Of a stretch of 19,936 nucleotides of DNA, positions 1 to 7,179 are shown in pieces. Source of the DNA: Halobacteriaceae archaeon (GTDB lineage Archaea > Halobacteriota > Halobacteria > Halobacteriales > Halobacteriaceae); contig JBDGTS010000022.1 of assembly GCA_042216675.1 (NCBI GenBank), positions 13,924-33,859 on the forward strand, given 5' to 3'. Both the position numbers and the translations under genes were made by a program. How positions within the stretch are numbered: position 1 is the first letter of the stretch; every line of letters begins with the position of its first letter. The notes under the pieces were generated by a model. It searched no databases, was not told where the DNA came from, and saw only the letters and a list, made by a program, of their open reading frames with translations.

Positions 1-487
1 ACTTCCGATAGGCGCGCATCCCCGTCGTGGTGTCGTGAACTCGCTCCCCGAGGAGGACGGAGGCGAGGAGGGCGAACGCGTGGTTGCCGAGGCGGTTGAA
101 CGCCGGCATCGCGTCCGCACCGTGGTAGAGGCGGTCACCGCTCACCACGTCGTAGCCCTCGTTGATGAGTTCGAGGAAGTCCGGAATGCGGTCCATCGGA
201 TACGTGCCGTCGCAGTCCGTCGTGACGACGACCGGTCGCTCCGCGGCGTCGAGTGCGGCGGCCACGGCGACGCCGTAGCCCTGTGGCTCCTGTTCGATGA
301 CCCGCGCGCCGCGTTCGCGGGCGATGTCGGGCGTCCGGTCGCTGGACCCGTCGACGCAGACGACGGACGCGCGTCCGTCCGTGGCGTCGTCGATGTCGTC
401 GAGAACGGGGCCGACGGCCTCCTCCTCGTTGTACGTGCCCATCACGACGGCCACGTCGTCGAGCGTGTGGGTGTCCGCGTTCGTCAT
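1..487 (-). CDS. Glycosyltransferase family 2, dolichyl-phosphate hexose transferase-like (5' part; runs off the window's left edge)
   Basis: Absent from the ORF track because there is no stop in the window. Manual translation from ATG at 487 gives MTNADTHTLDDVAVVMGTYNEEEAVGPVLDDI...VVCVDGSSDRTPDIARERGARVIEQEPQGYGVAV...VVTTDCDGTYP...DVVSGDRL...FNRLGN...HDTTTGMRAYRK. This carries the GT2 YNE motif, D-x-S-x-D, the DxD motif (DCD) and the Dpm1-like D..TG.RAY motif. Confidence 0.9.
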   Translation of the reverse strand, partial: MTNADTHTLDDVAVVMGTYNEEEAVGPVLDDIDDATDGRASVVCVDGSSDRTPDIARERGARVIEQEPQGYGVAVAAALDAAERPVVVTTDCDGTYPMDRIPDFLELINEGYDVVSGDRLYHGADAMPAFNRLGNHAFALLASVLLGERVHDTTTGMRAYRK

Positions 488-510
488 GGCCGTCGTTGTG
501 ACCGCAAATA

Positions 511-528
511 TTTTAGGCTTGCCAAAAA
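511..528. promoter_or_regulatory. Imperfect palindrome TTTTAGGCTTGCCAAAAA overlapping the AT-rich divergent promoter; candidate DtxR/MntR-family (Idr/SirR/TroR-like) metal-regulator site
   Basis: A near-identical copy (TTTAGGCGCGCCAAAAA) lies upstream of the ZIP transporter at 7162-7179. It resembles the TTAGG..CCTAA core of DtxR-type operators. Confidence 0.65.
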
Positions 529-579
529 GAGTAGGAGACGAGACCCGCGGGGGTCCGGTCCGGACCCTCGCCCCAACAC

Positions 580-1710
580 ATGGCAAGCGAACAACTCACA
601 CAGGCCGAGCGGTCCGCGGCGGAACCAGCGGACGCGGCGGCCGACGAGACGGTTCTCGAACTCGACGGCGTGACGAAACTGTACGGCGAGGAGGCCGCCG
701 TCTCCGACCTCTCGCTCTCCGTGCGCGACGGCGAACTGCTGACGCTCCTCGGCCCCTCGGGGTGTGGCAAGACGACGACCCTCCAGTTGCTCGCCGGCCT
801 CGAACGGCCGACGGACGGCGCCGTCGTCATCGACGGCGAACGGGTGGCCGGCGGCGACGGGTCGTTCGTCCCGCCCGAGGACCGCGACGTGGGACTGGTG
901 TTTCAGGACTACGCGCTGTTTCCGCACCTCACCGTCGGCGAGAACGTCGCCTTCGGCCTCGACGGCTCCGACGACGAGCGAGTGGCCGAACTGCTCGAAC
1001 TCGTGGACCTCGCGGGCTTCGAGGACCGGGACGTGGACGGCCTCTCGGGCGGCCAGCAACAGCGCGTCGCCCTCGCGCGCGCCCTCGCGCCCGAACCGGA
1101 CGTGCTGTTGCTCGACGAACCGTTCTCGAATCTGGACGTGCGCCTCCGCGTCGAGATGCGCGAGGAGGTGCGCCGCATCCTGAAGGCCGCCGGCGTCACC
1201 GCTGTCTCCGTCACTCACGACCAGGAGGAGGCGCTCTCCATCAGCGACCGGGTGGCCGTGATGAACGACGGCGACGTGGAACAGGCCGGCCGCCCCGAGG
1301 AGGTGTTCGAGCACCCCGAGTCGCGCTTCGTCGCCGGCTTCCTCGGACAGGCCGGCTTCGTCTCGGGGCACCTCGACGACGGTGTCGTGGAGACGGCGCT
1401 CGACACGTTCCACCCCTCGCGGCTGGAGGGCCTCACCGAGGCGTACGACGGCGCGGCCCTCGACGTGTTGGTGCGCCCCGACGACTTGCGCGCGGTGCCC
1501 GCCGACGACGCCGACCCCGATTCCGTGCGCGCGTTCGGGACCGTCGTCCACCGGCAGTACATCGGCCCCTCCTTCGTCTATCGCGTCGAACTCGACGCCG
1601 GCGACGTGGTCCACTGCCAGCACAACCACTCGACGGAACTGGACCTCGACCAGCGGGTGGGGGTCGAACTCGTCGCCGACCACACGCTGGCGTGGTACCC
1701 CGCCGACTGA
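580..1710 (+). CDS. ABC transporter ATP-binding protein, FbpC/PotA family (probably Fe3+ uptake), with a C-terminal TOBE-type domain
   Basis: Walker A GPSGCGKTT, Q-loop VFQDYALFPHLTV, signature LSGGQQQR, Walker B LLLDEPFSNLD, H-loop VTHDQEEA; 376 aa. Confidence 0.9.
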   Translation: MASEQLTQAERSAAEPADAAADETVLELDGVTKLYGEEAAVSDLSLSVRDGELLTLLGPSGCGKTTTLQLLAGLERPTDGAVVIDGERVAGGDGSFVPPEDRDVGLVFQDYALFPHLTVGENVAFGLDGSDDERVAELLELVDLAGFEDRDVDGLSGGQQQRVALARALAPEPDVLLLDEPFSNLDVRLRVEMREEVRRILKAAGVTAVSVTHDQEEALSISDRVAVMNDGDVEQAGRPEEVFEHPESRFVAGFLGQAGFVSGHLDDGVVETALDTFHPSRLEGLTEAYDGAALDVLVRPDDLRAVPADDADPDSVRAFGTVVHRQYIGPSFVYRVELDAGDVVHCQHNHSTELDLDQRVGVELVADHTLAWYPAD

Positions 1711-1725
1711 GAACCAAACGCTGAA

Positions 1726-1744
1726 ACCGTCACCCGGTGACGGT
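1726..1744. promoter_or_regulatory. Perfect 9-bp inverted repeat ACCGTCACC-C-GGTGACGGT immediately upstream of the thiolase-like ATG
   Basis: Seen directly. It lies between a promoter-like AAACGCTGAAA (1716-1726) and the ATG at 1750. Confidence 0.45.
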
Positions 1745-1749
1745 CGGAT

Positions 1750-2919
1750 ATGGACCGCGTAGCGATCATCGGCGCGTCGATGACCCAGTTCGGCGAGCGC
1801 GAGGCGTGGATTCGCGACTTGCTCGCCGAGGCGGGTGACGCCTGCCTCCGCGATGCGGGCGTCCCGCCGGGGGACCTCGACCACCTCTACGTGTCGAACA
1901 TGGCCAGCGGCGAGTTCGAGGGCCAGACCGGCGTGATGAACGCGCTCGCACACGACTTGGGGGCACTCGGCGCCTACACACAGCGCGTCGACCAGACCTC
2001 GGCCTCCGGCGGCGCCGGCGTCTACGCCGCGTGGCAGTCCGTCGCCTCCGGCGCCTCGGAGTTGACCCTGCTCGTCGGCGGCGAGAAGATGAACGACACC
2101 GCGCCCGAGGGCGTCCCGAACACGGCGTTCGCGACGGACGTCATCGCGTCGCTCACCCACCCCGCGGAGTACAAGCACGGGGTCACGCTCCCGAGTTTCG
2201 CGGGCATGACCGCGCGGCGCTACCTCCACGAGTACGACGCGCCCCGCGAGTCGCTGGCGCGCGTCGCCGTCAAGAACCACGAGAACGGCGTCGACAACCC
2301 CAACGCCCACTTCCGGAAGGAAATCGACGTGGAGACGGCGCTGGAGTCGCCCATCGTGGCCGACCCGCTTCGGCTCTACGACTTCTGTCCCATCACGGAC
2401 GGGAGCGCGGCGCTCCTGCTCTGCCCGGAGTCCGTCGCCGAGGAGTACACCGACGACTACGTCGTCGTCTCGGGCATCGCGGGCGCGACGGACACCCACG
2501 TCGTCCACGAGCGCGACGACCCGACGACGATGGGCGGCGTCGTCGACTCGGGCGCGCAGGCCTACGAGATGGCCGACAGGGACCCCGAAGACGTGGACGT
2601 GGCCGAACTCCACGACATGTTCACCATCCTCGAGTTCCTGCAGGCCGAGGACCTCGGCTTCTTCGAGAAGGGCCACGCGTGGGAAGCGGCGATGGAGGGC
2701 GTCACCGACAGGGACGGCGACTTGCCCATCAACACCTCCGGCGGCCTCAAGTCGAAGGGGCATCCGTTGGGCGCGAGCGGCGTGGCACAGATTCACGAAC
2801 TGTACGAGCAGTTGCTCGGCGAGGCCGGCCGCCGACAGGTCGACGCGGAGGTGGCGTTGGCCTGTAACGTCGGCGGCTTCGGCAACTGCGTGACTACCAC
2901 CATCCTCGAACAGCCATGA
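1750..2919 (+). CDS. Thiolase-superfamily protein (archaeal/SCP2-type fold) lacking the canonical catalytic cysteines
   Basis: N-terminal VAIIGASMTQFG, GGEKM, VAVKNH.NG..NP.A.F, PLRLYDFCPITDGSAA, AELHDMF, INTSGGLKSKGHPLGASG and CNVGG. The CxS motif reads TSAS and HDCF reads HDMF. Confidence 0.9.
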   Translation: MDRVAIIGASMTQFGEREAWIRDLLAEAGDACLRDAGVPPGDLDHLYVSNMASGEFEGQTGVMNALAHDLGALGAYTQRVDQTSASGGAGVYAAWQSVASGASELTLLVGGEKMNDTAPEGVPNTAFATDVIASLTHPAEYKHGVTLPSFAGMTARRYLHEYDAPRESLARVAVKNHENGVDNPNAHFRKEIDVETALESPIVADPLRLYDFCPITDGSAALLLCPESVAEEYTDDYVVVSGIAGATDTHVVHERDDPTTMGGVVDSGAQAYEMADRDPEDVDVAELHDMFTILEFLQAEDLGFFEKGHAWEAAMEGVTDRDGDLPINTSGGLKSKGHPLGASGVAQIHELYEQLLGEAGRRQVDAEVALACNVGGFGNCVTTTILEQP

Positions 2920-3278
2920 GCCTCGACGCACACCGCTGTCCGAACGGGCACCTGACGAGTCCGCCACACCCCCGCTGTCCGGCGTGTGGCGAGGAACAGA
3001 CCGACGCCGTCGACCTGAGCGACCGGACGGCCGAAATCGTGACGTGGACGGAGAGTCAGGCGACGCCGCCGGGCGTCCGCCAACCCAACGCCATCGCCAT
3101 CGTCGAGTTCGACGTGGACGGCGAACGGGTGCGACAGATCGGCCAACTCACGGACGCGGACGTGGAAATCGGCGATAGCGTCCGCCCGGTCCACGTCGAC
3201 GAACTCAGGGACCCCGCCGCCGGCATCCGCCATCCCGACAGCCAGTCGTGGGACGGCTACCGATTCGAGCCGGTCTGA
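2916..3278 (+). CDS. DUF35-type Zn-ribbon/OB-fold protein (thiolase partner, ChsH2-like)
   Basis: CPNGH...PRCPACG Zn ribbon followed by OB-fold-like IVTWT...PPG...AIVEF...IGQL. ATGA overlap with the thiolase stop indicates translational coupling. Confidence 0.88.
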   Translation: MSLDAHRCPNGHLTSPPHPRCPACGEEQTDAVDLSDRTAEIVTWTESQATPPGVRQPNAIAIVEFDVDGERVRQIGQLTDADVEIGDSVRPVHVDELRDPAAGIRHPDSQSWDGYRFEPV

Positions 3279-3291
3279 GCGACCCCGAATA

Positions 3292-3321
3292 TTTATTACA
3301 TCGGGATTATTTCTTGTAATA
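3292..3321 (+). promoter_or_regulatory. TATA-like TTTATT overlapped by inverted repeat TATTACA-N14-TGTAATA
   Basis: AT-rich 50-bp intergenic region upstream of ATG 3329; repeat arms at 3294-3300 and 3315-3321. Confidence 0.5.
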
Positions 3322-3328
3322 GAGTGAA

Positions 3329-3973
3329 ATGAGCGAGGAAACGGAGGGGCGGGCGGCGGCGTTCGCCGACGCGCTGAACGACCTGAAGCGGCGAGGGTGC
3401 ATGCTGTTGGTCGTCGGAACGGGGGGAAACCTCGCCGCCGTGTGTGAGAAACTCCGGGGCGATGACGGCGACGAGCGACGCCGCCTCTACGTCCGGACCG
3501 GGGGCCGGTCGGCGCGCCCCGAGACGGACGTGGGCGTTCCGAGTCGCACGATTCGCTACGGCACCGACACTCGCTCCGCGGCCGCGACGAGCACCGACGC
3601 CGGCGCGGGCGCGCCGGACCGCGTCGTGGACTCGGGGCTTCCGGACCTGCAGTCGGCCATCGACGAGGCCGTCGCCGCCCTCGAACCCGACGCCGGCTAC
3701 GACGCCGCGGAGTTGCGCGTCTGCGTCGACGCCGCCGACGCTCTCCTCTCGCGGCACGCGGACGAACGCGTGTTCCAACTGCTCCACGCCCTCAGCGGGC
3801 GGATGCGGGAGACGGGCGGGATGTGCCACGTCCACCTGCCGGTGGCCTACGACGACGAACACGTCGCCCTGCTGGGACCACTGTTCGACGCCATCGTCGA
3901 GGTTCGTCACGGCACCGAACAGCGCTGGCACCTCTCCGACCCGGAGATGACCACCGACTGGGTGCCCCTCTAA
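3329..3973 (+). CDS. Haloarchaeal degenerate RecA/KaiC-like (DUF7504-type) protein
   Basis: 214 aa with FADALNDLKRRGCMLLVVG, ELRVCVDA..LL, FQLLHALSGRMR..GGMCHVHLPV and LGPLFDAIVEVR, typical of this family. No intact Walker A. Confidence 0.7.
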   Translation: MSEETEGRAAAFADALNDLKRRGCMLLVVGTGGNLAAVCEKLRGDDGDERRRLYVRTGGRSARPETDVGVPSRTIRYGTDTRSAAATSTDAGAGAPDRVVDSGLPDLQSAIDEAVAALEPDAGYDAAELRVCVDAADALLSRHADERVFQLLHALSGRMRETGGMCHVHLPVAYDDEHVALLGPLFDAIVEVRHGTEQRWHLSDPEMTTDWVPL

Positions 3974-5175
3974 CTCCGCAGGGCTTCGACGGCGGGGAGT
4001 TCGGTCCCCGTCAGCGCCCGGATGTACGCGCCCCCGGCGATGGAGACGTGTGAGAAGTCCGTTTCGTCCAGCCCGTACATCCGGATTGCCCGCGACGTGT
4101 CGCCGCCGCCGACCACCGAAAAGCAGTCCGTCTCGGCGATGGCCTCCAGAACGCCGACGGTGCCGTCGCTGAACCGCTCGTCCTCGAAGACACCCAGCGC
4201 ACCCTTCACGAAGACGGCCTCGGAGTCCCGAATCACGCCGGCGTACTCCTCGACCGTGACCCCTCCTACGTCGAGATAGGGGCGCTCTTTCTCCTCGACG
4301 TCGGCGACGGGGAGTTCCGCTCGCTCCCCGTCCGCGTCCTCGTATGCGAGGTCCGCGGGGAGGCGCACCTGCTCGCGGTGGGCGTCGAGGATGTCCGTCA
4401 CCGTCGCCTCGTTTCGGTCCCACTGCTCGTCGAACAGGTCCGTGTCCGCCACGTCCTTGCCGACGGGGAAACCGTCGGCGCGGAGGAACAGTTCCCCGGC
4501 GACGCCGCCGAGGAGGAACTGGTCCACCGTCTCGTCGAGTTCGCTCATCACGTCCACCACGTCGGTGGCCTTCGTGCCGCCACAGACCATCGTCACCGGG
4601 CCGTCGAACTCCCGAGCGGCGATGGCGGTGTTGGCCTCGTACTCGGCGGTCATCACGCGCCCGGCGTAGGCGGGCAACACCTGCGGGAAGCCCACCAGCG
4701 AGGCGTGGGCGCGGTGCGCCGCCGAGTAGGCGTCGTTGACGTAGGCGTCGAACTCCGGCGCGAGCGACTGTACGAACTCGCTTTCGGCGTGTTCGGCGGG
4801 TGGCTTTTCGGGGAGTTCGTCGTCCGCCATCCGGACGTTTTCGAGGAGGAGCGCATCGCCGCCGTCCAGCGCTCTGATGGCGTCGAGGGCGTCCGGCCCG
4901 TAGACGTCGTCCACGAAGTCGATGTCGCGGCCGACGTGGCTACCGAGGATGCGCGCGTGTTCGCGGAGCGTGGTGAAGTCCTCGCGGCCGGGCCGGCCCT
5001 GATGGGCCAGCAACACGACGGCGTGGCCGTCGTCGAGCAGTTCCCGAACCGTCTCGGCGTGACGCTCGAAACGGCGGTTGTCCTGTGGCCGCCCGTCTTC
5101 GATGGGCGCGTTGAGGTCGAGGCGGACCAGCAGTCGCAGTCCCGGGCTCAGGTCGTCGAGCGTGCAAAACGTCAT
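3970..5175 (-). CDS. pgk: Phosphoglycerate kinase
   Basis: LVRLDLNAP, LLAHQGRP, LLENVR, YVNDAYSAAHRAHAS, GGTKATD and VVGGGDT...HVSIAGGA motifs. The start ATG at 5175 overlaps the gap stop (ATGA). Confidence 0.96.
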   Translation of the reverse strand: MTFCTLDDLSPGLRLLVRLDLNAPIEDGRPQDNRRFERHAETVRELLDDGHAVVLLAHQGRPGREDFTTLREHARILGSHVGRDIDFVDDVYGPDALDAIRALDGGDALLLENVRMADDELPEKPPAEHAESEFVQSLAPEFDAYVNDAYSAAHRAHASLVGFPQVLPAYAGRVMTAEYEANTAIAAREFDGPVTMVCGGTKATDVVDVMSELDETVDQFLLGGVAGELFLRADGFPVGKDVADTDLFDEQWDRNEATVTDILDAHREQVRLPADLAYEDADGERAELPVADVEEKERPYLDVGGVTVEEYAGVIRDSEAVFVKGALGVFEDERFSDGTVGVLEAIAETDCFSVVGGGDTSRAIRMYGLDETDFSHVSIAGGAYIRALTGTELPAVEALRS

Positions 5176-6197
5176 GCGACGTAGGTTGCGAGGTCCAGCA
5201 TCCTGTTCGCGAAGCCGAACTCGTTGTCGTACCACGTCAGCACCTTCACGAGGTCACCGCCCGGGAGCGCCATCGTGGACTGGGTGTCGACGAGGCTGGA
5301 GTAGGGTTGGCCCAAAATGTCCTTCGACACCACCTCGTCGTCGGTGACGCCGAGGACGCCGTCGAGCGGGCCATCTGCGGCGGCGCGGAACGCTTCGTTC
5401 ACCTCCGTGGCGCCCGCGTCGGCGTCGAGGGAGACGGTGAAGTCCGTGAGCGACCCGTTCGGCGTCGGCACGCGGACGGCCATCCCGTCGAGGCGGCCGT
5501 CGAGTTCCGGAAGCACCTCCGTCGTCGCCTGCGCGGCGCCGGTGGAGGTGGGGACGATGTTCTCCGCGGCGGCGCGCCCGCGACGCGTCTTCCCCGAGGG
5601 GCCGTCGATGAGGTTCTGCGACCCCGTGTAGGAGTGGACCGTGGTCAGCAGCCCCGCCTCGATGCCGAACGTCTCGTGGAGGACTTTCGCGACGGGCGCG
5701 ACGCTGTTCGTCGTGCAGGAGGCGTTCGAGACGACGGACTCGCCGCCGTAGCGGTCCTCGTTGACACCGTAGACGATTTGCAAGACGTCTTTCTCACCCT
5801 TCGGGGGTGCGGAGATGATGGTCGTGTCCGCGCCCGCGTCGTTGTGGGCGCTGGCGTCCTCGTGGGTCCGGAACAGGCCGGTACACTCCATCGCCACGTC
5901 CACGTCGAGGTCGGCCCACGGCAGGTCGGCGGGGTCCGTCTCGTCGAACAGCGGTATCTCGCCGTCCTCGGTGCGGAGCGTCTCGTCGCCGAGTTCGACG
6001 CCGTCGAAGCGTCCGGCGACGCTGTCGTACTTCGCGAGATACGCCATGTCTGCGGTGTCCATGACGTCGTTGATACCGACCAGTTCGATTCGGGGGTCCC
6101 CGACCGCGGCGCGAAAAACGTTGCGGCCGATGCGCCCGAACCCGTTCAGGCCGACGCGCACCGCGTCCCCGGAGCCGCGGTCCGTAGGCGTTGACAT
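5172..6197 (-). CDS. gap: Glyceraldehyde-3-phosphate dehydrogenase, type I (bacterial-type)
   Basis: GLNGFGRIGR, ECTG, active site SNASCTTNS, GRAAAENIVPTSTGAA, GMAVRVPT and WYDNE. Start taken as ATG 6197, with TTTATC about 25-30 nt upstream. Confidence 0.96.
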   Translation of the reverse strand: MSTPTDRGSGDAVRVGLNGFGRIGRNVFRAAVGDPRIELVGINDVMDTADMAYLAKYDSVAGRFDGVELGDETLRTEDGEIPLFDETDPADLPWADLDVDVAMECTGLFRTHEDASAHNDAGADTTIISAPPKGEKDVLQIVYGVNEDRYGGESVVSNASCTTNSVAPVAKVLHETFGIEAGLLTTVHSYTGSQNLIDGPSGKTRRGRAAAENIVPTSTGAAQATTEVLPELDGRLDGMAVRVPTPNGSLTDFTVSLDADAGATEVNEAFRAAADGPLDGVLGVTDDEVVSKDILGQPYSSLVDTQSTMALPGGDLVKVLTWYDNEFGFANRMLDLATYVA

Positions 6198-6242
6198 GGC
6201 TGAGGCTAGGCGCGGGCCGGGATAAAGTGTTTCCACATCTCG

Positions 6243-7112
6243 TCAGGTCTGGACGACGAGCAGTGGCGCCATCATCACGACGCCGGCGGCGACGCCGATG
6301 ACCAGTTCGCGGTGCCCCCGTCCGGGGAGGTTCTGCCCGGCGTCGAGGGCCTCCGGGATGAACTCCGAGAGAACGAGAAATATCATCGCCCCCGCCGCGA
6401 ATCCGAAGCCGAGGGGCATGAACTCCTGTGCCCACGTCACGAAGCCGTAGGCGATGACGGCCCCGATTGGCTGGGGGAGACTGGAGAAGACGGCGGCCCC
6501 GACCATCCAGCGCCGGTCGATGCCGAGCGCTCGGAGCGGAATCGAGACGGCGAGCCCCTCCGGGACGTTGTGAATCGAGATGGCGATGGTCATGAACACC
6601 GCCAGCAGAGGGACCGAGAAGCCCAGAATCGGAATCCCGCCCTCGAAGCCGAGTTCCGCGAAGGAGACGCCGACGGCGACGCCCTCCGGAAACGAGTGGA
6701 CCGTGAGGACGCCGAGGATGAGAAACAGTTTCCGCCAGTCCCGGTCCGCGAGCGCCGTCGCCTGGGCCTCGGCGAGGGCGCCGTGGTCGTGGCCGTCGTC
6801 GTGGTCGTCGTCCTCGTGACTGTGCCCGTGTCCGCCCACTCGCTCCAGCACCCGATTCGCCACCACGACGAGGACGACCCCCGCGAGCAGTCCCGGCGCG
6901 ATGTCGGCCGGCGTGCCGTAGGCCAGTCCCTCTTCGATGAGACCGAACAGCGACGCCGACACCATGATGCCGGACGCCAACCCCCACAGTGCGACCCGCC
7001 AGCGCACGCTCACGTCGTCAACGATGAAGTACGGGACGGCACCGAGTCCGGTTGCGAGCGCCGTGACTAACCCCGCGAGAAAGACGAAGACGAAGGCCCC
7101 CAGTGACGCCAT
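6243..7112 (-). CDS. ZIP (ZupT/GufA) family divalent metal transporter
   Basis: Multi-TM protein with LTVHSFPEGVAVG and IAISIHNVPEG metal-binding motifs and a His/Asp-rich loop GHGHSHEDDDHDDGHDHG. Start taken as ATG 7112. Confidence 0.93.
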   Translation of the reverse strand: MASLGAFVFVFLAGLVTALATGLGAVPYFIVDDVSVRWRVALWGLASGIMVSASLFGLIEEGLAYGTPADIAPGLLAGVVLVVVANRVLERVGGHGHSHEDDDHDDGHDHGALAEAQATALADRDWRKLFLILGVLTVHSFPEGVAVGVSFAELGFEGGIPILGFSVPLLAVFMTIAISIHNVPEGLAVSIPLRALGIDRRWMVGAAVFSSLPQPIGAVIAYGFVTWAQEFMPLGFGFAAGAMIFLVLSEFIPEALDAGQNLPGRGHRELVIGVAAGVVMMAPLLVVQT

Positions 7113-7161
7113 GTCCAACGGTGAGGCGTCGCCGGAGAAAAGTCTTATCAAAATATCTATG

Positions 7162-7179
7162 TTTTTTGGCGCGCCTAAA
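7162..7179 (-). promoter_or_regulatory. Palindrome TTTAGGCGCGCCAAAAAA (minus strand) upstream of the ZIP gene; candidate metal-regulator site
   Basis: 15 of 17 positions are identical to the motif at 512-528. It overlaps the helicase stop codon and adjoins an AT-rich promoter-like tract (7139-7161). Confidence 0.65.

Noticed and set aside
35-673. 212-aa plus-strand ORF at the window start
   Set aside because: It is antisense to the real GT2 glycosyltransferase on the minus strand (1-487).
484-2967. 827-aa minus-strand ORF and similar long antisense or alternate-frame ORFs (e.g. 7103-9646, 8641-10404, 12687-14006, 16980-18674)
   Set aside because: These are shadow ORFs opposite or overlapping well-supported genes, expected from stop-codon scarcity at high GC. 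They show no recognisable motifs.
6198-6242. TrmB operator upstream of gap
   Set aside because: No TACT-N7/8-GAGTA-like motif is visible, only a TATA-like TTTATC.
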